IMG/VR virus record: IMGVR_UViG_3300022187_000041
Location: 1 to 51,200 of that record
Length of the DNA stretch: 51,200 bases
Direction: 5' to 3' (one strand)
Source of the DNA: a virus
Taxonomy: Duplodnaviria > Caudoviricetes
This document shows, piece after piece, positions 1-8,965 of the stretch. The first letter of the stretch is position 1. The number at the start of each line of letters is the position of its first letter. A program made the translations under genes and the position numbers. Below the pieces are notes generated by a model that saw only the letters and a program-made list of their open reading frames with translations, did not search any database and was not told the DNA's origin.

Positions 1-3000
1 ATACTGCGTTGGATAGTGTTGAGGCTGGTGGTACTTACAACGTAGCTGTTGGAGATGCTGCTGGTACGGCAATAACAACGGGCGATAACAATGTAGCAGT
101 TGGCGCAGATGCACTTTTACTTAACAGTTCAGGCGGCAGTAATACTGCATTGGGGACGAGTTCGGTAAGAAGCAACACAACAGGCGCAAATAATGTTGGG
201 TTAGGGCAAGCCGCTCTCTACTCCAACACCACCGCCAGCTACAATACTGCCACAGGTTATCAGGCGGCTTACTCCACCACCACAGGAGCTTACAACACTG
301 CATTTGGCTATCAAACTTTACTAGACAATACTACAGGTTATGCTAATGCGGCTTTTGCGGCTGACGCAATGGGCAACAATACTACTGGTTTTGACAATAC
401 CGCTTTGGGTAATGCGTCAATGTTCCAGAACACAACAGGGTCGTACAATGTTGCCTTGGGCCGTGCCGCCTTGCAGAACAACACCACCGCATCCAACAAC
501 ACGGCTGTTGGGTATCAGGCGGGGTATAGTAATACTACTGGTGCTTTAAATACCGCTGTCGGACAATCTGCGCTGTTTAACAACACCACCGCATCTAACA
601 ACACATCAATTGGTCGAGCATCCATGTTTGACAATTCAACAGGCGCAAGTAACGTTGCTGTGGGTTCTGGTGCATTGGCTGATAATACCACTGGCTCTTT
701 TAATGTGTCTTTGGGTATGGAGTCTATGCGTCTTAACACCACCGCCAGCAACAACACAGCCGTTGGGTATCAGGCTGGGTATGCGAATACGAGCAATGGT
801 GCAGGTACGTTTATTGGAAGTTTTGCTGGATATACAAGCGTTGCCGCCGATACAACAGCAGTCGGTTCATATACTTTGTATGCGGCGAACACAGGCACTG
901 CAAATGCGGCATTCGGTAAACAGGCTTTGTATGCAAATACATCTGGTGGATTTAATTCAGCCATTGGTTCTTTTTCGCTGATTTCTAATACAACAGGCAG
1001 TTATAACACGGCTTTGGGTAACGGTGCATTAACTAACAACACCACCGCCAGCTACAACACTGCCGTTGGTTATCAGGCTTTATATACAGGTGATACACAC
1101 TCTGGTGTGACTGCAATCGGCTATACTGCACTAAAAAATAACACAGGTAATTTGAACTTTGCTGGTGGTTATGAAACCCTTTTGGGTAACACCTCTGGGG
1201 CGAACAACACGGCAGTAGGCGCTCAGGCTCTACGCTCCAACACCACCGCCGACAACAACGTGGCCGTTGGGTATCGTGCTTTAGAGGACAATACAACAGG
1301 TGCAGGAAACACAGCTTTAGGTACTATTGCTTTACCTAATAACACAACTGGTGCTGATAATGTTTCAATCGGCCACCTTTCTATGGGAGATACCTCGACA
1401 GGTAGTTATAACGTAGCCGTGGGTAAACAAGCACTCACAGCCAACACCACCGCCAGCAACAACACTGCAGTTGGGTATCGGGCGCTTTATCTTAATACAA
1501 CAGGTGCAGAAAATGTAGCTTTGGGTAACTTTGCAGCGGATGCCATGACTACTGGAGTAGAAAACACTGCACTAGGTTACGCTAGTTTATCTGGAACTAC
1601 TACTGGTAACTACAATACCGCTGTCGGCAAAGCAGCACTACAAAACAACACCACCGCCAGCAGCAGCACTGCTGTCGGGTATCAAGCTGCGTATAGCAAC
1701 ACAGAACAAATTGTAACAGCGTTTGGCTATAAAGCAGGTTATACTCAATCTGGAGGAACTCCCGGGTCAAACACTTGGATCGGCTATCAAGCGGGTCTTT
1801 CTGCAACAACAGGTGGAGCGAACACCGCAGTTGGCCGTGAAGGTTTGGCATCAACAACAACAGGTGCATACAATACCGCAGTCGGGGCTGAAGCGTTAGA
1901 AAATAACACCACCGCATCCAACAACACTGCCGTTGGTTATCAGTCACTGTACGATAACACTACTGGTGTAAGAAACTCTGCTTATGGAGATAACTCTTTA
2001 GCTAATAATACCACCGCTAATAACAATAATGCTTTTGGTTACTTGTCCTTGCACACAAATACTACTGGCACAGCAAATGTGGCTATGGGTACAGAGGCTT
2101 TATTCTCCAACACCACCGCAAGCAACAACACAGCATTGGGGTATCAAGCTGGGTATGCAAACACTACTGGTTCAGACATAACAGCTATTGGCTATCAGGC
2201 TCTTGATAGCAATACGACAGGTAACTACAACACGGCTATTGGCCTTTCTGCCTTACAATCAAATACGACAGCCAATAGCAACACTGCGGTTGGTCGCAGA
2301 GCCATGTTTAGCAATTCCACTGGCAGTGATAATGTTGGTCTTGGGTATCATGCTATGTATTCTAATACCACAGGCAGCTCTAACACAGCTTTTGGCGCAC
2401 AAGCACTCCTTTCCAACACCACCGCAAGCAACAACACCGCAGTTGGCTATCAGTCTATGGACGCTAATACTACAGGAGTTAGCAATACTTCTGTGGGGGG
2501 CAGTTCTTTAGGCGCAAACATTACTGGTAATAGTTTAACAGCCATTGGCTCAAATGCTTTACTTGTCAATACAACATCAGGCAATACTGCGGTAGGTTCT
2601 AACGCTGCTTATAATAACACGTCAGGACGTATAGACGCTTTTGGAGTAAATGCTGCTTATAATAACACCACAGGTAATTACAACAGTGCCTTTGGTCAGC
2701 AAAATGGTTTCTTAGCGGCACTTCAAAGTAACACCACAGGCAGTTCTAATGCGGCTTTTGCAACAGGTGCGTTGGGAAATACTACCACAGGCAGTTCTAA
2801 TACGGGGATAGGTGTAGCTGCTCTTTACTCCAACACCACCGCAATCAATAACACTGCAGTTGGGTATCAAGCTGGGTATTCCCAATCAGGTGCAGGAAAT
2901 GGTAACACCTTAGTTGGTTATCATGCGGGGTATACTGGAAACAGTTTTATTGACGCTAGTGCAAACAATACGATGATTGGCAATCAGGCAGGGCTTTCAG

Positions 3001-3689
3001 CAACTACAGCCATTAAAAACACGTTTGTTGGTCAGTTTGCAGGGGGTAATGTAACAACTGGATACAATAACACCATCCTTGGGCGTTATGACGGCAACCA
3101 AGGCGGCTTGGACATCCGCACCTCAAGCAACAACATCGTACTGTCTGATGGGGATGGTAATCCTAGGGTTTATATTCCCAGTAGTGGCAGTATGGCTGTA
3201 GCAACTACTGTATTTGATACTGCAAATACCACAGGTATCACTCTTCAGAAGTATTCTAATGGCGCATATATAACAATTGGTAAAACAAGTAGTGCAGCAA
3301 ATGGAGAAGGTTATATTAACTTTCATAGAAATGGAAGTAATATTGGAGGTGTAACACAGGCCAGTACTTCTTCTGTATCTTACAACACTACGTCCGATTA
3401 TCGGTTAAAAGAAAACGTGGTCAACCTTGAGGGAGCCACTGCAAGATTAGTGCAGCTACAGCCAAAAAGATTTGAATGGATTAGTGACACAGATGGTGCT
3501 GTTTGGGATGGCTTCTTAGCACACGAAGTTCAGTCAGTTGTGCCAGAAGCAATCACAGGCACAAAAGATGCAGTCGATGCAGACGGTAATCCAAAATACC
3601 AAGGCATTGACCAAAGCAAGCTAGTGCCACTCTTGGTCGCTACGATCAAAGAACTAGAGGCACGGATCACTGCCCTAGAAAACGCTTAA
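1..3689 (+). CDS. Tail fibre, 5'-truncated, with about 14-aa N/T/G/A-rich repeats and C-terminal peptidase S74 intramolecular chaperone
   Basis: Frame open from window start (TALDSVEAGG...); repeats NTTG/NTTASNNTAVGYQ; C-terminal SDYRLKENV...GFLAHEVQSVVPEA...LVPLLVATIKELEARI. Confidence 0.9.
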   Translation, partial: TALDSVEAGGTYNVAVGDAAGTAITTGDNNVAVGADALLLNSSGGSNTALGTSSVRSNTTGANNVGLGQAALYSNTTASYNTATGYQAAYSTTTGAYNTAFGYQTLLDNTTGYANAAFAADAMGNNTTGFDNTALGNASMFQNTTGSYNVALGRAALQNNTTASNNTAVGYQAGYSNTTGALNTAVGQSALFNNTTASNNTSIGRASMFDNSTGASNVAVGSGALADNTTGSFNVSLGMESMRLNTTASNNTAVGYQAGYANTSNGAGTFIGSFAGYTSVAADTTAVGSYTLYAANTGTANAAFGKQALYANTSGGFNSAIGSFSLISNTTGSYNTALGNGALTNNTTASYNTAVGYQALYTGDTHSGVTAIGYTALKNNTGNLNFAGGYETLLGNTSGANNTAVGAQALRSNTTADNNVAVGYRALEDNTTGAGNTALGTIALPNNTTGADNVSIGHLSMGDTSTGSYNVAVGKQALTANTTASNNTAVGYRALYLNTTGAENVALGNFAADAMTTGVENTALGYASLSGTTTGNYNTAVGKAALQNNTTASSSTAVGYQAAYSNTEQIVTAFGYKAGYTQSGGTPGSNTWIGYQAGLSATTGGANTAVGREGLASTTTGAYNTAVGAEALENNTTASNNTAVGYQSLYDNTTGVRNSAYGDNSLANNTTANNNNAFGYLSLHTNTTGTANVAMGTEALFSNTTASNNTALGYQAGYANTTGSDITAIGYQALDSNTTGNYNTAIGLSALQSNTTANSNTAVGRRAMFSNSTGSDNVGLGYHAMYSNTTGSSNTAFGAQALLSNTTASNNTAVGYQSMDANTTGVSNTSVGGSSLGANITGNSLTAIGSNALLVNTTSGNTAVGSNAAYNNTSGRIDAFGVNAAYNNTTGNYNSAFGQQNGFLAALQSNTTGSSNAAFATGALGNTTTGSSNTGIGVAALYSNTTAINNTAVGYQAGYSQSGAGNGNTLVGYHAGYTGNSFIDASANNTMIGNQAGLSATTAIKNTFVGQFAGGNVTTGYNNTILGRYDGNQGGLDIRTSSNNIVLSDGDGNPRVYIPSSGSMAVATTVFDTANTTGITLQKYSNGAYITIGKTSSAANGEGYINFHRNGSNIGGVTQASTSSVSYNTTSDYRLKENVVNLEGATARLVQLQPKRFEWISDTDGAVWDGFLAHEVQSVVPEAITGTKDAVDADGNPKYQGIDQSKLVPLLVATIKELEARITALENA
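225..2880 (+). repeat. 13 dispersed copies of a nucleotide cassette AAC ACC ACC GCN AGC/TCC AAC AAC ACN GCN GTT GGN TAT CA within the tail fibre
   Basis: ACCACCGC at 228, 483, 585, 738, 1041, 1242, 1446, 1650, 1908, 2010, 2112, 2418, 2835; the flanks vary more than the octamer. Confidence 0.9.
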
Positions 3690-3716
3690 TCGTAAAAGTC
3701 AGAAAAGGAGAAAGAC

Positions 3717-3965
3717 ATGACTGATACACCAACTGCGGAAGAAATCGCACAACACTACACAGCAATGGGTCACTCCGTTGATCTAATCAACGACATCGTT
3801 GCTGGAAACCAAGATGACGACATGGAAGCGGCAGACCGTCAGGACACAGTTGACCGTAACGTAGAGCATCTTCAGTTAATGGTTGCTAAAGACTTTTGGA
3901 CTGACGAAGATATGACAGCGGCAAATGCTGCTATTACTTCAGGCAACGGTTACACAGCCTCTTGA
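3717..3965 (+). CDS. Hypothetical protein downstream of tail fibre (possible fibre assembly factor)
   Basis: Strong RBS AAGGAG; acidic 82 aa; position. Confidence 0.75.
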   Translation: MTDTPTAEEIAQHYTAMGHSVDLINDIVAGNQDDDMEAADRQDTVDRNVEHLQLMVAKDFWTDEDMTAANAAITSGNGYTAS

Positions 3966-3990
3966 CAAATATCTTTTATTGAGATATAAT
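3962..3990 (+). promoter_or_regulatory. Sigma70-type promoter, perfect consensus
   Basis: TTGACA (3962-3967), 17 bp, TATAAT (3985-3990), at a gene boundary. Confidence 0.85.
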
Positions 3991-4037
3991 AACGTAGCAT
4001 CTTGAATGCATAACTATAACAAATAAGGAAAATGATC

Positions 4038-4265
4038 ATGGGAAAAAATGAAAAAACCCCTATCACTATCAACGAAAAAGAATACTTTATTGAGGACTTG
4101 ACAGACGAGCAAAAAACTATGCTCAATCATGTTCAAGACCTAGACCGCAAGTTAGCTAACGCTAGGTTTAATCTAGATCAACTTGCTATCGGACGTGAAG
4201 CATTCATAAACATGTTATCCAATTCTGTAGAAACAGAAGAGCCACAAGAAGAAGAGGCAGCTTAA
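4038..4265 (+). CDS. Hypothetical coiled-coil protein
   Basis: RBS AAGGA; ORF track 4032-4265, start refined by RBS spacing. Confidence 0.75.
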   Translation: MGKNEKTPITINEKEYFIEDLTDEQKTMLNHVQDLDRKLANARFNLDQLAIGREAFINMLSNSVETEEPQEEEAA

Positions 4266-4267
4266 CT

Positions 4268-4510
4268 ATGTCAGTAACCCCAGAAGAACTAGAAGCTATG
4301 CTGGATCGGGCAGCTAAAAAAGGTGCAGCAGAAGCTTTACGCTCTCTGGGGTTACAAGACGAAAGTGCAGCAAATGATATACGTGACATGCGTAGTTTAA
4401 TTGATGCATGGAGAATGACTAAGAAAAGCATATGGGCTACTACAGTTAAACTTGGTACAGTAGCCGTGTTAACTTTTATAGCTACAGCAGTATGGATGTC
4501 TTTTAAGTAA
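4268..4510 (+). CDS. Small membrane protein, DUF6127-like (possible holin)
   Basis: PEELEAMLDRAAKKGA..ALRSLGL.DE.A..DIRDMRSLIDAWR plus C-terminal TM helix. Confidence 0.65.
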   Translation: MSVTPEELEAMLDRAAKKGAAEALRSLGLQDESAANDIRDMRSLIDAWRMTKKSIWATTVKLGTVAVLTFIATAVWMSFK

Positions 4511-4540
4511 ACACATAATCTAAGCTCTGGGGAGATGCTT

Positions 4541-5002
4541 ATGATAGATCCAGTAACTGCTATTGCAGGTGCTACCGCTGCCTTCAATGCCATTAAGAAA
4601 GGCATACAGGTAGGCAAAGATATACAAGACATGGGTGGTACTTTAGCTAAGTGGTCTGGCGCATTGGCTGACTTAGATTTTGCTGATAGGCAAGCACAAC
4701 AACCACCGTGGTATAAGGCTTTAGGTGGTGGCGTAGAAGCTCAAGCGATGGAAATATTTGCAGCTAAAGAGAAGGCTGCAGCTATGCGTAAAGAATTAAA
4801 AGATTTTATTTCAGTTTACTATGGCCCGTCTAAGTGGCAAGAGATACTTGAAATAGAAGCAGATCTCAGAAAACAAAAAAAAGAACACGAACACAGAAAG
4901 ATTGAAATACAGAGAACTATAATGGAATGGACTGCAGGTATCGTACTCTTTTTAGTCTGCTCAGGTGCTCTCTTCGGTTTTGTATGGATAGGAACTAGAT
5001 AA
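4541..5002 (+). CDS. Hypothetical membrane-anchored protein
   Basis: MIDPVTAIAGATAAFNAIKKG N-terminus, C-terminal TM helix; RBS GGGGAG. Confidence 0.75.
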   Translation: MIDPVTAIAGATAAFNAIKKGIQVGKDIQDMGGTLAKWSGALADLDFADRQAQQPPWYKALGGGVEAQAMEIFAAKEKAAAMRKELKDFISVYYGPSKWQEILEIEADLRKQKKEHEHRKIEIQRTIMEWTAGIVLFLVCSGALFGFVWIGTR

Positions 5003-8000
5003 ATGAAAACGTTCAAAGGCTTTACTAATCAGCAGACCCATCAACTCCTCAAAGAGATGGGCTTCACAGGCCCAGCGCAGAAGGATGAGATGGATGCGTT
5101 TCTTGCGTCTAGCCCTAGTGCAGCATCTAAGATAGGCCGTTACGCTGAGATAGCTAAGCAACGTGTAGAGGGTGGCCCTTTGTCTGGCATGGGGTTTGCT
5201 CAAGGTGATCTTGTAGAAAAAGTTAAAGATCCTAATGAATATACTGCTGTGTCTAGAATAACACCTAATGTATCTACTGACGTTGGAACAATAGAAAATA
5301 GTAATTTTACAGGAGAAACAGGTAATTTATTAGACCCTAATGCTTCTATAGATTCTTCTAAAGCTACTACACCTAGTTATAAATTTACATATGATCAAGC
5401 TGTAGCCCGTCAAGCTCAGAGAGATGTAAAGTCACCTGAGGAAGCTAGAGCTATTCAGATAGCTTTAGATATGGGACCAGATGCTATACCTGCACCTGAA
5501 GGATCTGAAGTATTATCTGTAGGTACAGCTTCACCTGAAACTACTCAGCCCTCTATAGACTTAGACACTGCACAGCAATCCTATAGTGACGCTATGGGTC
5601 AGCTTACAGAAGCACAGAAAGCTCTGACTAATGTTGAGATGCCTGAGGGTTCTTCTATTGATCCAGCAACAAATAGACTACCTAATGCTTCTTACGAACA
5701 GATACTAGAAGAGGTTGGACCTTTTACTAGTGATTTTGATTCTTATGTAGGAGATTTTAAGCCTTTTGAGGTTGATGATTTTAAGTCTTTAGTGGCTAGT
5801 GGCAATATTCCAGAAGACCCTAGTGATTACGAGATAGAACCTCTAGGATCAGAGGGAATTAACAAGAAGTTTTTAATAAAGTACCCTAATGGTCAATCTA
5901 TAGAGTACTCAACTTATAGTGCTGCCGTGGCTAATAGTGCACCAGATATAGCTAGTATGTTTGCTCAAGGTCTTAATCAGGCTAAAGATAGTAAAATATA
6001 CAGGGAAACTAATAATTATAACCAGCTTCTTACTGACGTAGAAAATGCTGATGAATTAGTTACACAAACAGGGGCTGACGTAGCCACTAAACAAAAGCAG
6101 TTTGAAACTACAGACATACCTTCTACGAGTGAAGCTCTAGGTAAAGCTATTACTACCCCTAGCTCTGTATTGCAGAAGCCTACTGTGTATGGCTTGAAAG
6201 TAGAAGACGATCAGCTTATTGATGAAGATACTGGACAGGTAGCTACAGCCGCTTCACTCTTAGTTAAGCAAGCACAGGCTGCAGATGCAGTGGAAGACCC
6301 TGCAGTTAAAGCTACCTTAGCTTATTTAAGTGGTTTGACTGAAGAAGAGAAAGCTTCTAAGTACCCTATGCCTAGCCCACCTGAGGGTAATTGGGGTGGC
6401 TTTCTAGGTTTATTTTTTCAAGAGCCTGATGCTGATGCAATTAAAGAATATAATGATGCAGTAGCTGGGGTACACGCTCGTATTGAGCAAGACGCTATTA
6501 AGTCTCGTGCAGAAACATATACTGCTGTTATGTCACAGGATAAAGTTAAGACTGCACTAGAAGACTTTGCTGCAGCTACAGGTACACCATCCAGTGATGC
6601 TTTAATGAAAGCAGAAACGATGCTACCTGAAGATCTAGCCCAGCTAGACTTAGATGCAGAAACGCTAGACATTATACGTGAAATCCCTGAGGTCAAGAGG
6701 ACATTAGATGCAGGTGAAGTACCGACTGCAGCTTTATTTGATGAGTATACAAAATCGGAAGCCGCAGAGTTTGAAGGCGAAGTTGGAGAGGTTGACCCAG
6801 CTAAGTTTGAAACTGAAACTCCTAAGGCAGAAGCTGAAGTAGACTACAACCTACCACCTAGTGAAGTAGCGGAAGTAGAGAAAAGTAAAGTAGAAGATGC
6901 CGCTAACTTTAATGAATACGCTACAGCAGAAGAAAAGAAGTCTGAGTTTGTACCTGAGATTACTGCAGAAGAAACTGCTGTAGGTGATGAAGAGATTGTT
7001 GATGTAAATAATATCATTAACAGTGAAGAAGTAATCGTAGCAGGTAAAACTCTAGAAGCTTTAAACGAAGCGTCTACCGCTAAGGCTGCAACTGCTACCT
7101 TCACTCAACAGTTAGCCGCTAAAGCAGTCAAGGGTGAAGTAAGTGCTGCATCTACTGTGCAGTTCCAGATGGAAAAACTTATGAAGTCCTTTGATGATGG
7201 GACACCCGCATGGGCGGCTGGAGCTTTACGTAAAGCTAATGCAGCTATGAATGCTCGTGGGTTAGGCAATAGTTCTATGGCTGCTGCTGCAATTATCCAG
7301 GCTTCACTAGAAAGTGCTATCCCTATAGCTCAACAGGATGCAGCTACATTTCAAGCTATGGATATGGAGAATGTCCGTAATGAGCAAGCCGTAGCTCTAG
7401 CTAATGCTGCTGCAGCACAGAACTTTGAGTTAGCTAACTTGTCAAACGAACAGGCTACACGTATTCAGAACAGCATGAACAATGCTAATCTCCAGTTAAA
7501 GAACTTATCTAACGAACAAGAAGCTGTACTTGCTACTGCACAATTCAAGGCTGCACTGTTAGGCCAAGAGCTTGACATTAGTGCTAACGTAGCGATTGCT
7601 AATGCTGCACGTTATGCTGCAGTCAACGATATTAACTTGACAAACAGACAGCAAACCTCTATACTTAAATCTACACAGAACTTAGAAGTAGAGATGGCTA
7701 ACCTGTCTAACTCACAGCAGACAGCCTTGTCTAACTTACAAGTTAAAGCTGCCATGATGGGCCAAGAGTTGACTAACGAGCAACAGATGGCTGTACTAGA
7801 GAGTACACAGGCGTTTGAGACTAACATGCAAGACGCTACCATGAGGCAGCAAGCGTTTATCCAAGATGCTGTAGCTCGTGCAGCTATGGAAGGCCGTGTC
7901 TTAGATAACAAGCAACAGACTGCTTTGTTCAACGTGTCTAACGCTGTAGCTGAACGTGAGATAGAACTCAATAACGAACAGCAAACAGCTATCTTCAACA

Positions 8001-8953
8001 TGAGCAATAAGCTAGAAGTTGATATGACTGAGATGTCTAATCGTCAGCAGACTGCTTTAGCTAATGCACAGATTGAAGCTGCAATGAAGGGGCAGGAGCT
8101 TACGAATAAACAGCAGGTAAACGTTATCAAGGCAGAGCGTATTGCTGAGATAGCTAACTTAAACTTCAGTGCTGAGCAAACACGAGTGCTCAAGAACTCA
8201 GAGATGGCTATGTCCGTAGACTTAGCTAACCTGTCAAACAAACAAGCTAAGCTTATGGCTGACGTAGCGTCTATGGCTAACGTTGATATGGCTAACCTAA
8301 ACAACCGTCAACAGGCTGCAGCACAACAAGCTCAGGCCTTCCTGCAGATGGACATGGCTAACCTAGATAACGAACAGCAAGCAGTTATGTTTGAAGCACA
8401 GTCTCTTGTGCAGAGCGTACTGTCAGACCAAGCTGCAGAGAATGCTCAGCTACAGTTTAACGCTGAGAGTATCAACCAAGTTAATCAGTTCTTTGACAGC
8501 ATGTCAACGCAGATCAGTCAGTTCAATACTGCACAAGAGAATGCTATGGAGCAGTTCAACGCTGGTGAAGAAAACTCTATGACTAAGTTCCAAGCTGAGC
8601 TAGATAACCAGCGTGATATGTTTAACGCACAGAATGAACTGGTTATTGCACAAGCTAATACTGTGTGGAGACAGACTATTGCTACAGCTAATACGGCTGC
8701 ACTTAATGAGGCTAACATGGCTGAAGTTATGGCAGCTAACAACCTGACTATGCAGGGTCTAGCTGAGTTGTGGCAACAGGAGCGTGACTTGTTAGACTTC
8801 GCATGGACTAGCTCTGAGAAACAAATGGATCGTGAGCACGAGTTAGCTAAAGCAAATATACAAGCAGATGGCGCAGAGGATGCAGCCTATAGTTCTGCTG
8901 CAGGTAACTTCTTGTCTAGTGTTGTAACAGCGTTCATCACCAAAAAACTATAA
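5003..8953 (+). CDS. Large structural/internal virion protein (A/N/Q-rich helical C-terminal half)
   Basis: 1316 aa; NLSNxQQ repeats; position after tail genes. Confidence 0.7.
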   Translation: MKTFKGFTNQQTHQLLKEMGFTGPAQKDEMDAFLASSPSAASKIGRYAEIAKQRVEGGPLSGMGFAQGDLVEKVKDPNEYTAVSRITPNVSTDVGTIENSNFTGETGNLLDPNASIDSSKATTPSYKFTYDQAVARQAQRDVKSPEEARAIQIALDMGPDAIPAPEGSEVLSVGTASPETTQPSIDLDTAQQSYSDAMGQLTEAQKALTNVEMPEGSSIDPATNRLPNASYEQILEEVGPFTSDFDSYVGDFKPFEVDDFKSLVASGNIPEDPSDYEIEPLGSEGINKKFLIKYPNGQSIEYSTYSAAVANSAPDIASMFAQGLNQAKDSKIYRETNNYNQLLTDVENADELVTQTGADVATKQKQFETTDIPSTSEALGKAITTPSSVLQKPTVYGLKVEDDQLIDEDTGQVATAASLLVKQAQAADAVEDPAVKATLAYLSGLTEEEKASKYPMPSPPEGNWGGFLGLFFQEPDADAIKEYNDAVAGVHARIEQDAIKSRAETYTAVMSQDKVKTALEDFAAATGTPSSDALMKAETMLPEDLAQLDLDAETLDIIREIPEVKRTLDAGEVPTAALFDEYTKSEAAEFEGEVGEVDPAKFETETPKAEAEVDYNLPPSEVAEVEKSKVEDAANFNEYATAEEKKSEFVPEITAEETAVGDEEIVDVNNIINSEEVIVAGKTLEALNEASTAKAATATFTQQLAAKAVKGEVSAASTVQFQMEKLMKSFDDGTPAWAAGALRKANAAMNARGLGNSSMAAAAIIQASLESAIPIAQQDAATFQAMDMENVRNEQAVALANAAAAQNFELANLSNEQATRIQNSMNNANLQLKNLSNEQEAVLATAQFKAALLGQELDISANVAIANAARYAAVNDINLTNRQQTSILKSTQNLEVEMANLSNSQQTALSNLQVKAAMMGQELTNEQQMAVLESTQAFETNMQDATMRQQAFIQDAVARAAMEGRVLDNKQQTALFNVSNAVAEREIELNNEQQTAIFNMSNKLEVDMTEMSNRQQTALANAQIEAAMKGQELTNKQQVNVIKAERIAEIANLNFSAEQTRVLKNSEMAMSVDLANLSNKQAKLMADVASMANVDMANLNNRQQAAAQQAQAFLQMDMANLDNEQQAVMFEAQSLVQSVLSDQAAENAQLQFNAESINQVNQFFDSMSTQISQFNTAQENAMEQFNAGEENSMTKFQAELDNQRDMFNAQNELVIAQANTVWRQTIATANTAALNEANMAEVMAANNLTMQGLAELWQQERDLLDFAWTSSEKQMDREHELAKANIQADGAEDAAYSSAAGNFLSSVVTAFITKKL

Positions 8954-8965
8954 AGGTTTACTTAT

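Noticed and set aside
225-2880. Repeat cassettes as a CRISPR array
   Set aside because: In-frame coding repeats with irregular 100-400 nt spacing and degenerate ends; no cas operon.
1-3689. Diversity-generating retroelement acting on the AAC-rich fibre
   Set aside because: No reverse transcriptase in the window and no TR/VR pair differing only at adenines was seen.
4011-4020. TAACTATAAC matching the start of the I-CeuI / 23S rRNA site
   Set aside because: Only 10 nt match; no rRNA sequence follows.
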